Positions 1 through 7,871 of a DNA stretch of 64,000 bases are shown piece by piece. Position numbers and translations under genes: made by a program. Each line of letters opens with the position of its first letter. The first letter of the stretch is position 1. Source of the DNA: Methylocystis sp. (GTDB taxonomy: Bacteria > Pseudomonadota > Alphaproteobacteria > Rhizobiales > Beijerinckiaceae); NCBI GenBank assembly GCA_040399965.1, contig JBBARD010000001.1, positions 14,187-78,186 of the forward strand, written 5' to 3'. The notes under the pieces were generated by a model. That model was not told where the DNA came from. It ran no database searches and saw only the letters and a program-made list of their open reading frames with translations.

Positions 1-74
1 TTTATGAAAAATAATGATTTACGACCATCACCCACCAAAACCCATGCGTCATTGCGCACGACGAGCCGATCCAT
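1..74 (-). CDS. host attachment protein family, N-terminal fragment (gene runs off the left edge)
   Basis: Minus-strand ATG at 74 preceded by AAGGAG. Translation MDRLVVRNDAWVLVGDGRKSLFFI resembles the N-terminus of alphaproteobacterial host-attachment-family proteins. Only 24 codons are visible. Confidence 0.4.
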   Translation of the reverse strand, partial: MDRLVVRNDAWVLVGDGRKSLFFI

Positions 75-160
75 TTCGTCCTCCTTAAATCCGTGTACGA
101 AATAGGATTTGTTGTCGTCAGTCACGAACAACAAGAGGACGTTTTGTCGCCGCTGACGAT

Positions 161-427
161 TCAGGCGGGCGCGTTGCGGCCGGCCTCGGCGATGAGCGGC
201 GGGCGCGTTCTGGCGAGCGCCGCCCCGGTTTTACGGGGGGGGTGAATTCGCTGCGCCAGGCGGCGCTCGTTAATCGCCCAAGTGAGGAAACAAAGTCCTG
301 CGATCAGGCCAAGGGCGGTGAAGGGTTCGCCGCCCGGCAGCGGAAAAGCGCCGAAGTCCGGCGCGCATTCCCGCGCGTAAACGCAGGCGTCTGACCAGTT
401 CTGCAACCAGCTTTTGATCGCTTCCAT
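161..427 (-). CDS. hypothetical small membrane protein (88 aa)
   Basis: ORF 161..484 trimmed to the ATG at 427, which has a GGAGG 6-7 nt upstream. One hydrophobic helix (FTALGLIAGLCFLTWAI). No family recognised. Confidence 0.4.
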   Translation of the reverse strand: MEAIKSWLQNWSDACVYARECAPDFGAFPLPGGEPFTALGLIAGLCFLTWAINERRLAQRIHPPRKTGAALARTRPPLIAEAGRNAPA

Positions 428-476
428 GATGGCCTCCGACGGTAGCGACAATTCAGGGACGCAAGAATTGGTGCGT

Positions 477-546
477 CGCAGCAAATATTATATTGTGCAT
501 CGCAGAATTAACGCCAGCGCAAATTTGTCGCACCGCAGCAAATTTT
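477..546. repeat. direct repeats CGCAGCAAAT(A/T)TT (477..489 and 534..546) in an AT-rich intergenic region
   Basis: Read directly. Weaker copies lie at 501..510, 516..526 and 594..605. TGCGTCGCA at 472..480 is palindromic. Confidence 0.7.
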
Positions 547-601
547 ATAAGTAATTGTTATGTATTATATTAAAAATTTACATTCACCTATGCTGCGCAA
601 T

Positions 602-633
602 AAAAAAACGGCCCGACGATCCATGTCGGGCCG
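602..633 (-). terminator. rho-independent terminator downstream of mcd
   Basis: Stem CGGCCCGAC/GTCGGGCCG (609..617 and 625..633) with a 7-nt loop, followed on the minus strand by a T7 run (A-run 602..608). Confidence 0.65.
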
Positions 634-663
634 CAAGGCATGATTCCTCTGGCTTTGCTCGGT

Positions 664-2337
664 TCAGCCTTCGAGCAGGCGCCTGGCGATAACCTGCGCC
701 TGAATCTCCGCCGCGCCCTCGAAGATATTGAGAATGCGGGCGTCGCAGAGCACACGCGACACGGGATACTCCAGAGCGAAGCCGTTGCCGCCATGAATTT
801 GCAAAGCGTTGTCCGCCGCCGCCCAGGCGACGCGGGCGCCGAGCAGCTTGGACATGCCTGCCTCAAGATCGCAACGCTTGCCCTCGTCCTTTTCGCGCGC
901 CGCGAAATAGGTGATCTGGCGGGCGACGTGGATTTCGACGGCCATTGACACGATCTTGTTGAAAACACGCGGGAAAGAGAACAGCGGTTTTCCGAACTGA
1001 ATGCGCTCCTTGGCGTATTTCAGGCCAAGGTCGAGCGCCGACTGGGCGACGCCGAGCGCGCGCGCGGCGGTCTGGATGCGCGCCGATTCGAAGGTCTCCA
1101 TGAGTTGCTTGAAGCCTTTGCCTTCCTCGCCGCCCAGAAGATTATCGGCCGGAACAACAAAATTATCGAAGCCGATCTCGAACTCTTTCATGCCGCGATA
1201 ACCCAGCACCTCGATTTCGCCGCCGGTCATGCCCGGCGCCGGGAACGGATTTTCGTCCGTGCCGCGCGGCTTCTCGGCGATCAGCATGGAGAGGCCCTTA
1301 TAGCCCTTTTCGTTGGGATTGGTGCGCACCAGCAAGGTCATGATGTCCGCGCGCACCGGATGCGTGATCCAGGTCTTGTTGCCCACGACCTTGTAAAGGT
1401 CGCCTTCGCGGGTCGCGCGGGTGCGCAGACCGGCGAGATCGGAGCCGTTATTGGGTTCGGTGAACACCGCGGTCGGCAGGATTTCGCCGCTGGCGATGCC
1501 CGGCAGGAATTTCTTTTTCTGCTCCTCGGTGCCGCCGACGAGAATCAGTTCGCCGGCAATCTCTGAGCGTGTGCCAAGCGATCCGACGCCTATGTAAGCG
1601 CGCGAAAGCTCTTCGGAGACCACGCACATGGCGATCTTGCCCATGCCGGAGCCGCCATATTCTTCAGGGATCGTGAGGCCAAAGACGCCGAGTTCGGCGA
1701 GGCCGGCGACGACATCAAGCGGGATATAGGCGTTTTGGGCGTGCCACTCCTGCGCGTAGGGCGTCACATTGGCGGTCGCGAATTTCCGCATTTCACTGCG
1801 GATCGCCTCCAGGGTTTCGTCGAGGCCCGAAGCGCCGATGGTCTCTGCGGCGGCATGGTGATCGATGAGTTCGGCAAGGCGGGCGCGGTTCGCCGGCGTA
1901 TTGCCGGAGAGGATCAGATTGTCGATTGCGGCCGGGCGACGGGCGGCGATCTGTTGCCCCGAGAGGCCGAAATCGGTGAGACGGACGGTCTCGCCCTGGC
2001 TCATTGGCACGCCGCCAAAGACCTGCGCCAGCAATTCTGCGAAGCCGATGCGGTTCAGCAATTCCTCGGTCTCGCCATAGGCCCCCTCCGACTGGAGGCG
2101 CTCGGCGTAGGCGATCAACTCACGAAGTCCCTGGACATAGGTGGCGAACCAGGCGATCCCATGGGCTGCGTGCTGATCGGCCTCGAAGAGATCGTTGGCG
2201 ATCTTTCCGTCACGCGACACGCGGGCGCGAACGCTGGCGAGGGAATCGTTGTAGAGCCCTTCGACGGCGGCGAGCGCGGATTTGGCTTCGGTCAGCCAGC
2301 TCTCGGGTTCGATTTTTAACGCGACGACTGCGTTCAT
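664..2337 (-). CDS. mcd: (2S)-methylsuccinyl-CoA dehydrogenase (acyl-CoA dehydrogenase with the long N-terminal extension typical of Mcd)
   Basis: ORF 664..2490 trimmed to ATG 2337 (GAGGAAAAAACA-ATG). ACAD fold motifs are present, and the roughly 170-aa N-terminal domain (DLFEADQHAAHGIAWFATYVQGLREL) is typical of ethylmalonyl-CoA pathway Mcd. ccr and ecm are nearby. Confidence 0.85.
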   Translation of the reverse strand: MNAVVALKIEPESWLTEAKSALAAVEGLYNDSLASVRARVSRDGKIANDLFEADQHAAHGIAWFATYVQGLRELIAYAERLQSEGAYGETEELLNRIGFAELLAQVFGGVPMSQGETVRLTDFGLSGQQIAARRPAAIDNLILSGNTPANRARLAELIDHHAAAETIGASGLDETLEAIRSEMRKFATANVTPYAQEWHAQNAYIPLDVVAGLAELGVFGLTIPEEYGGSGMGKIAMCVVSEELSRAYIGVGSLGTRSEIAGELILVGGTEEQKKKFLPGIASGEILPTAVFTEPNNGSDLAGLRTRATREGDLYKVVGNKTWITHPVRADIMTLLVRTNPNEKGYKGLSMLIAEKPRGTDENPFPAPGMTGGEIEVLGYRGMKEFEIGFDNFVVPADNLLGGEEGKGFKQLMETFESARIQTAARALGVAQSALDLGLKYAKERIQFGKPLFSFPRVFNKIVSMAVEIHVARQITYFAAREKDEGKRCDLEAGMSKLLGARVAWAAADNALQIHGGNGFALEYPVSRVLCDARILNIFEGAAEIQAQVIARRLLEG

Positions 2338-2574
2338 TGTTTTTTCCTCGATTTTTTCCCCGGTTGTTCCCGGGCAGAAATCACCCGGCGCAGACACTGG
2401 GGAGAGGTCGACGGACACAGTCGCTGGCGTTTCCGCCGCTGAGCCGCCCCCGATAAACGTCCGGAAGAATGAGGAGATGGTCTGGATCATCAGAGGGCGT
2501 CCGCAAAACTCCCGAAATCTGACGCCTTCATGCCGCCATTTTTGCCGCGGCGCAACCTTCCCGTCTGCGCCGGA

Positions 2575-4002
2575 TCATCGCGGCCTGCATCGGGCGTAGC
2601 CTGTTGCGGCCGCCAACGCCAGCATCAACGTCGGCAGACCCAGACCGAGCAGCATGGTCCCGGGATGAGTCCAGCCAACATCTGTCGCCGATTCCGCGCG
2701 AAATTGCGGGGCGGCGTCATAGTCCGCCGCTGTCAGCGGGACGCCATCGCGCGCCCGAGGCACGAAAAAATCGCGCCATTCGAGATGAAAGGCCCGGATG
2801 GCGTCAAGGAAACCCCGGTAACGCGCCTCACCCGTCCCCGCGACGTCGGCAAGCGCCCGATAGGTCAGGAGCGCAGGCGAGAAAAAGATGAGCCGGTCAG
2901 TCAAAGCCCGCTGACGATCGAGTTGAGCCTCGTGCCGCGCGATCACGCTTTCGACGCGCTGGAAAGCCGCCTCCTGCGTTGCAAGGCGGCGGAGCGAGCG
3001 CTCCCTGGCGCCGCCGCGTTTTTCTGACGGATGCGTTTCCAGATAACGGGCCAGAGCGGCGTCACGCTCCCTGTCGGCGTCTGTTGCGGCGGCGCGCGCG
3101 GCGAGAGTCATCTCCATGCGCGAGGGCGACGGATGCGCATAGCCAGCGAGGCTGTTGATCCCGGCCGGCAAAAGAATGGCGATGACCACCCACGCGCTGA
3201 CGAGGGTGAGCGCGTTGAAAGAGGAGCCTTTGCCGAGACCGTCAACCGCGCCGGCGAAAGCCACCCAGAACAGGCCGTAGAGAAGGATGATCGAGGCGAG
3301 TCCAAAAAAGCCGCCGGTTGCCAGGGCGTCAGGGCCAGCGAAGATCGCGACGCCAAGGGTGACGGCGGCAAGGGTCGACGCGATCGGCGCCAGCGCGCGC
3401 GCCGCAAGCTTTCCGGCGAGGACGACGTCAGGGCGCCGCGCAGAGGCAAGAGTCATGGCCAGCGTGCCCCGCTCCCGTTCGCCCGAAAGCAAGTTGTAAC
3501 ACAGCGCCAGTATGACCAGCGGGTAAACGAAAACAATCACGAAGGCGAGATCGGTCGAGCCGTTTAAAAGATTGGCGGGATTGTCGATCTCATCGACGAA
3601 CAGAAAACTGTCTCTGGAAGCAGAGGTCACCCGAACCACGGGCGGCGCCAGATCGCTTTGACCAAAGGCCGCCAGCGCCAGCGGCGCCGGCGTGAGCGCG
3701 GCGACCCGGGCCGCAAGGCCGCCGCCGGCAAAGCTGGCGTTTCGGGGGTCGCGGTAGGGCGGCAACTCTTCCCGGACCTCGCCCCGATCAATCTTCGCGA
3801 GAAGCAGCTTGAGCGCGGAGTATCTCTGCGCTTCTTCCGCGCGCGCGGCGTCGACGAGCCGTTGTTGCGTCTCGACCCGCACGGCGCCGGCATGCAGGGA
3901 AAAAAGCGTCAAGCCGACGAGCGCCAGCAGCGCAAGGCCCGGGGCGCGCTCGCGCGCCAGCGTCCGCGCCTCGAAACGCAGGCCGGCGAGGAAGGCGCTC
4001 AC
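2575..4002 (-). CDS. ABC-2 type transporter permease (DUF3526-like)
   Basis: 475-aa polytopic membrane protein with a large loop after TM1 and a GERERGTL motif. 4-nt overlap with the upstream permease gene. Confidence 0.75.
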   Translation of the reverse strand: MSAFLAGLRFEARTLARERAPGLALLALVGLTLFSLHAGAVRVETQQRLVDAARAEEAQRYSALKLLLAKIDRGEVREELPPYRDPRNASFAGGGLAARVAALTPAPLALAAFGQSDLAPPVVRVTSASRDSFLFVDEIDNPANLLNGSTDLAFVIVFVYPLVILALCYNLLSGERERGTLAMTLASARRPDVVLAGKLAARALAPIASTLAAVTLGVAIFAGPDALATGGFFGLASIILLYGLFWVAFAGAVDGLGKGSSFNALTLVSAWVVIAILLPAGINSLAGYAHPSPSRMEMTLAARAAATDADRERDAALARYLETHPSEKRGGARERSLRRLATQEAAFQRVESVIARHEAQLDRQRALTDRLIFFSPALLTYRALADVAGTGEARYRGFLDAIRAFHLEWRDFFVPRARDGVPLTAADYDAAPQFRAESATDVGWTHPGTMLLGLGLPTLMLALAAATGYARCRPR

Positions 4003-5477
4003 AGCGGTCTCTGACGACGCGCCGCGAACAGGGCGAAGGACAGCGAGAGCGCCAGCCAGGCCGTCAGGCCGGTTATCGCCGGTCCGCTATGAGCGAGCGG
4101 GAATGAGGCTGTAGGGGCGTCGTATGAGAAGGCGCCGATGCGCCGCCACAAATCCGGTCCTGCGGCATAGCCCTCGTCATGCGCGAAATGAATGATGTTC
4201 TCGCTCGCCTCGTTCTGGATGTCGCGGCGATGCGCCTCCGCAGCAGTCGTAAAGTCGAATTGCGCGCGACTGTCGGCGCCGGCAAAGGCCATAGAGAATG
4301 GCTGTATGGCGAGTAAAGGGAAAAGGAAACCGGCGCTGGCGCGCAGCGTGTCCTGTCGATCGAACGAGGCTTGAAGAGCGCCGAAATGCTTGTCGAAGAT
4401 GGCGTAGCCGATCTCGTCGTCTTTCCGTAATTGCAGCCCCCGAAAGTTGACCGGCAAATCCTCAATGCGCGAGACGCCATATTTCGCCAGCGTTTCCTTG
4501 CGAAAGGCGAGGAAAGCGGGATGCGTCTCGTCATGACCGAACGTCGCGGCTTTTTCCGTTGCAATGCCAGCGCGAAACGCTTGAGCGGTCGGCGTCGGCG
4601 CGAGGCCGCGCGTCAGGTCTGTCGCCAGACGCGGCGCCAGAAAGGAGTTGGTCAGCCAATAGGCCAGCAAAGTCACCAGCGCGGCCCGGCTGTTTTTTGC
4701 AAGCGCCGAGACGCCAAGCGTCAGAAAGACAAAGCCCAGGAGATAGGCCAGATAGCCCAGGGCCAACGCCCCAAGCCTGATGAATTGATCAGCAAGCGAG
4801 AGCTTGCTGGCGTCTGAAAGCGCCAACAGCGCAATCGCCAGGCCGACAAGCATGGGCGCAAACAGGGCGAAGATGCCGGCGATGAGCGCCAGGGCCTTGC
4901 CCGCCAGCAATTCGTCCGGCCGGGCGCCAAGACTGAAAACTTGTTTCAACGTGCCATTTTCCCGCTCGCCGCAAAAGGCTCCAAAGCCAGCCAGCAAGAT
5001 AAGCAACGGCGCAATCGTTTGCAGGATGAAGGCGAGAGACAGGCCGCCAAGCCGGGCGGCGACGCCGCCATCGCTGGCCGGACGGAACTGCGTTTCGTTT
5101 TGTTTGTGCGCCTCAAGCCATACGGCGGAGCCGACATACGCGTTCACTCCCGGATCGGCGAGGGCGAGCGGGCTGACGGGTTTGAAGGCGTATTGGCCGA
5201 AGTGCGCGGCGGCGTGGGGGTTCTTGGGTCCCTGTCCGATCCAGAGTTGTCGGTCGGCTTCGGCGGCGGCTGATCGTTCGCGGCCGAGACGCAGGTTTTC
5301 CGCGGCGCCGAATCCAAGCGCGGCGCCGATCAGAACCAATGTGAAGACAAAAAGGGCGAACAGCCGCCGATCCCGGCGCATTTCGATGAGTTCCTTTGCG
5401 GCGATGGCGCGGACAATGCTCGCGCGACCGGGCGCGCGCGCCGCAGAGGCGGCCGGGATCGGAGCGAGATCGCTCAT
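3999..5477 (-). CDS. ABC-2 type transporter permease (DUF3526-like), paralogue of the downstream gene
   Basis: ORF 3999..5600 trimmed to ATG 5477, which overlaps the ATPase stop codon as ATGA. GERENGTL motif and a C-terminal soluble region. Confidence 0.75.
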   Translation of the reverse strand: MSDLAPIPAASAARAPGRASIVRAIAAKELIEMRRDRRLFALFVFTLVLIGAALGFGAAENLRLGRERSAAAEADRQLWIGQGPKNPHAAAHFGQYAFKPVSPLALADPGVNAYVGSAVWLEAHKQNETQFRPASDGGVAARLGGLSLAFILQTIAPLLILLAGFGAFCGERENGTLKQVFSLGARPDELLAGKALALIAGIFALFAPMLVGLAIALLALSDASKLSLADQFIRLGALALGYLAYLLGFVFLTLGVSALAKNSRAALVTLLAYWLTNSFLAPRLATDLTRGLAPTPTAQAFRAGIATEKAATFGHDETHPAFLAFRKETLAKYGVSRIEDLPVNFRGLQLRKDDEIGYAIFDKHFGALQASFDRQDTLRASAGFLFPLLAIQPFSMAFAGADSRAQFDFTTAAEAHRRDIQNEASENIIHFAHDEGYAAGPDLWRRIGAFSYDAPTASFPLAHSGPAITGLTAWLALSLSFALFAARRQRPL

Positions 5478-6193
5478 GCGCCGCCGCCATTGCGGAACAG
5501 GTCGATGTAGGCGCGTTCCAGACCTTGATGGTCGACGTCTTTTGCGTCGAAAACGCGGGCAAGCTTGCCTGCGGCCATAACGCCGATTTGCGTGCCGCAT
5601 TGTTTGGCGAGGAAGAGATCGTGCGTGACCATGAGCACCGCCATGCCCTCGCCCCGCAAACGCTCGATCAGCGCCGCGAATTCATTGGCGGCGAGCGGGT
5701 CGAGGCCGGATGTCGGTTCGTCGAGCGCCAGCGCCTGAGCCCGACGGGCGATCGCGATCGCGACGCCGACCTTTTGGCGCATCCCTTTTGAATAGCCGCG
5801 CACCGGCCGTGTCGCCGCCTCGGGCGGCAAACCAGCGGTCTCGAGCAGGGACAGAAGTTCCGACGGCGCGGCGCATCCGCCGGATATCTGCGTAAAATAC
5901 TGCATATTTTCGAGGCCGGTCAGCGCGCCATACAGCATCACTGACTCGGGGATATAGGCGAGTTTCGCGCGCGCCCCGAGCGGATCCCTCGCGCTATCGA
6001 TCCCGCAAACAAGCGCCTGGCCTTCGCTCGGGTCGATGAAATTCAGAAAAAGATTGACCGTGGTGGTCTTGCCTGCCCCGTTCGGGCCAAGCAGGCAGAA
6101 AACTTCTCCGGCAGGAACGACGAGATCGAGTCGGTCGAGCGCCGGAGCGTGAGCGCCTTCATAGCGCTTGGTGAGTTGACGCGCTTCTAACAT
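5474..6193 (-). CDS. ABC transporter ATP-binding protein
   Basis: Walker A GPNGAGKTT, signature YSKGMRQKV, Walker B LALDEPTSGLD. Confidence 0.92.
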   Translation of the reverse strand: MLEARQLTKRYEGAHAPALDRLDLVVPAGEVFCLLGPNGAGKTTTVNLFLNFIDPSEGQALVCGIDSARDPLGARAKLAYIPESVMLYGALTGLENMQYFTQISGGCAAPSELLSLLETAGLPPEAATRPVRGYSKGMRQKVGVAIAIARRAQALALDEPTSGLDPLAANEFAALIERLRGEGMAVLMVTHDLFLAKQCGTQIGVMAAGKLARVFDAKDVDHQGLERAYIDLFRNGGGA

Positions 6194-6305
6194 GCCGCAT
6201 GATTACTGTGACGGCGCTCACGCGCGTGATCACGCGTCAGCGTCGGTCTGGCGAGAGGCAAAGGCTGCATCACTCATTTTGTAGCATCAAACGTCATCTT
6301 GCGAC

Positions 6306-6342
6306 CATTAAAAACGGCGCGGCGGTGTCCCGTCGCGCCGTT
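6306..6342 (-). terminator. rho-independent terminator downstream of ccr
   Basis: Stem AACGGCGCG/CGCGCCGTT (6313..6321 and 6334..6342), followed on the minus strand by TTTTA. Confidence 0.5.
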
Positions 6343-6365
6343 GAAAAATCGCTGCTCAAGCTCGA

Positions 6366-7619
6366 TTATTTCGCCTTGTAGGCCTCAGTCACATCCTCGA
6401 CCGTATGCAGGCCGGGTTTCGGGGCGTTCACCAGCACGGCCATGTTGCCGGGAGCGTGCTCGTTGCGCCACATTTTCGTGTGGGCCTCCGGGATTTTTTC
6501 CCAGGCGAAGACCTCCGACATGCAGGGATCGACGCGCCGGTCGATCACGAACTGATTGGCTGCCGCGGCCTGTTTTAGATGAGCGAAATGCGAGCCCTGG
6601 ATGCGTTTCTGGCGCATCCAGACGTAGCGCGCGTCAAAGGTGAGGTTAAAGCCTGTGGTGCCGGCGCAGAACACGACCATGCCCCCGCGCTTGGCGACCA
6701 TGCAGGAAACGGGGAAGGTCGACTCGCCTGGATGTTCGAACACGATGTCGACATCCTTTTTGCCGGTGATGTCCCAGATCGCCTTGCCGAACTTGCGGGC
6801 TTCCTTGGTCCATTCGTGAAATTCCGGCGAATTGACCTTCGGCAATTGACCCCAGCACTTGTAATCCTTGCGGTTGATGACGCCCTTGGCGCCCAGGGAC
6901 AAAACGTAATCGCGCTTCGAGTCGTCCGAGATGACGCCGATGGCGTTGGCTCCCGAGGCCGCGCAAAGCTGGACGGCGAAAACGCCGAGGCCGCCGGATG
7001 CGCCCCAGACGAGAACGTTATGGCCGGGCTTCAGCTCGTGCGGCTCATGACCGAAGAGCATGCGATAGGTGGTGGCGAGCGTCAGCGTGTAGCAGGCCGA
7101 CTCTTCCCATGTCAGGTGTTTCGGCCGCTCCAGCAACTGGCGATCCTGCGCGCGGCAGAACTGCGCAAACGAGCCGTCCGGCGTCTCATAGCCCCAGATG
7201 CGCTGGGAGGTCGAATACATGGGGTCGCCGCCATTGCATTCCTCGTCGTCGCCATCGTCCTGATTGCAGTGGATGATGACCTCGTCGCCGACTTTCCAGC
7301 GCTTGACCTTGGACCCGACCGCCCAGACGATGCCAGAGGCGTCCGATCCGCAGATGTGGTATGGGGTCTTGTGACCGTCGAACGGCGAGATGGGCTCCCC
7401 AAGCGATGCCCAGACGCCATTGTAATTGACGCCTGCCGCCATCACCAGAACGAGCACGTCGTGGCTGTCGAGCTCCCAGGTCGGCAAAACTTCAAGTTGC
7501 ATGGCCGTCTCCGGCGGCCCATGCCGCTCCCTGCGGATCGCCCAGGCGTACATGTTTTTGGGCACGTGGCCGAGCGGTGGGAGTTCGCCCAGTTCGTAGA
7601 GGTCTTTTTTCTCGCTCAA
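6366..7619 (-). CDS. ccr: crotonyl-CoA carboxylase/reductase
   Basis: 417 aa. The N-terminus KDLYELGELPPLGHVPKNMYAWAIRRERHG and the MDR-family NADPH site GASGGLG are characteristic of Ccr. Confidence 0.95.
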   Translation of the reverse strand: MSEKKDLYELGELPPLGHVPKNMYAWAIRRERHGPPETAMQLEVLPTWELDSHDVLVLVMAAGVNYNGVWASLGEPISPFDGHKTPYHICGSDASGIVWAVGSKVKRWKVGDEVIIHCNQDDGDDEECNGGDPMYSTSQRIWGYETPDGSFAQFCRAQDRQLLERPKHLTWEESACYTLTLATTYRMLFGHEPHELKPGHNVLVWGASGGLGVFAVQLCAASGANAIGVISDDSKRDYVLSLGAKGVINRKDYKCWGQLPKVNSPEFHEWTKEARKFGKAIWDITGKKDVDIVFEHPGESTFPVSCMVAKRGGMVVFCAGTTGFNLTFDARYVWMRQKRIQGSHFAHLKQAAAANQFVIDRRVDPCMSEVFAWEKIPEAHTKMWRNEHAPGNMAVLVNAPKPGLHTVEDVTEAYKAK

Positions 7620-7871
7620 GATCAGGCTCCGGTCAGAGTGCGGCGCATCAATTCGGGCGCGTTTTATAAATCGCGGCTTCTGGCCCGGATAGCCCCAAAA
7701 TATCTATGGATCAGTCAATTTTTCCGATAAAGGCCGGCAATCCTGATCCGGTCGCGCGTCGGAGGCGGCTCCGGCGCAAGATGCTTCCGGAGGGAGATGG
7801 CGGGGCTTTTGCGTTGCGGCGTCTTGTCAAAACAGGGTCATGTGCTATCGCAGCCGATGGAGGAGAAATCC

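Noticed and set aside
471-606. Whether the repeat clusters at 471..606 or 63138..63257 could be a CRISPR array.
   Set aside because: The repeats are only 10-13 nt, degenerate and irregularly spaced, and no cas genes are present. They are not CRISPR-like.
6579-7730. Long antisense or shadow ORFs opposite well-supported genes. Examples: 1735..2319 (+), 6579..7730 (+), 7845..8822 (-), 21602..22600 (-), 34870..36276 (+), 40234..41013 (+), 61063..61989 (-), 27678..28964 (+).
   Set aside because: All lie opposite ORFs with unmistakable family signatures. Their translations are Arg/Ala/Gly/Pro-rich low-complexity strings, as expected from stop-codon depletion in about 65% GC DNA. None has a plausible RBS.
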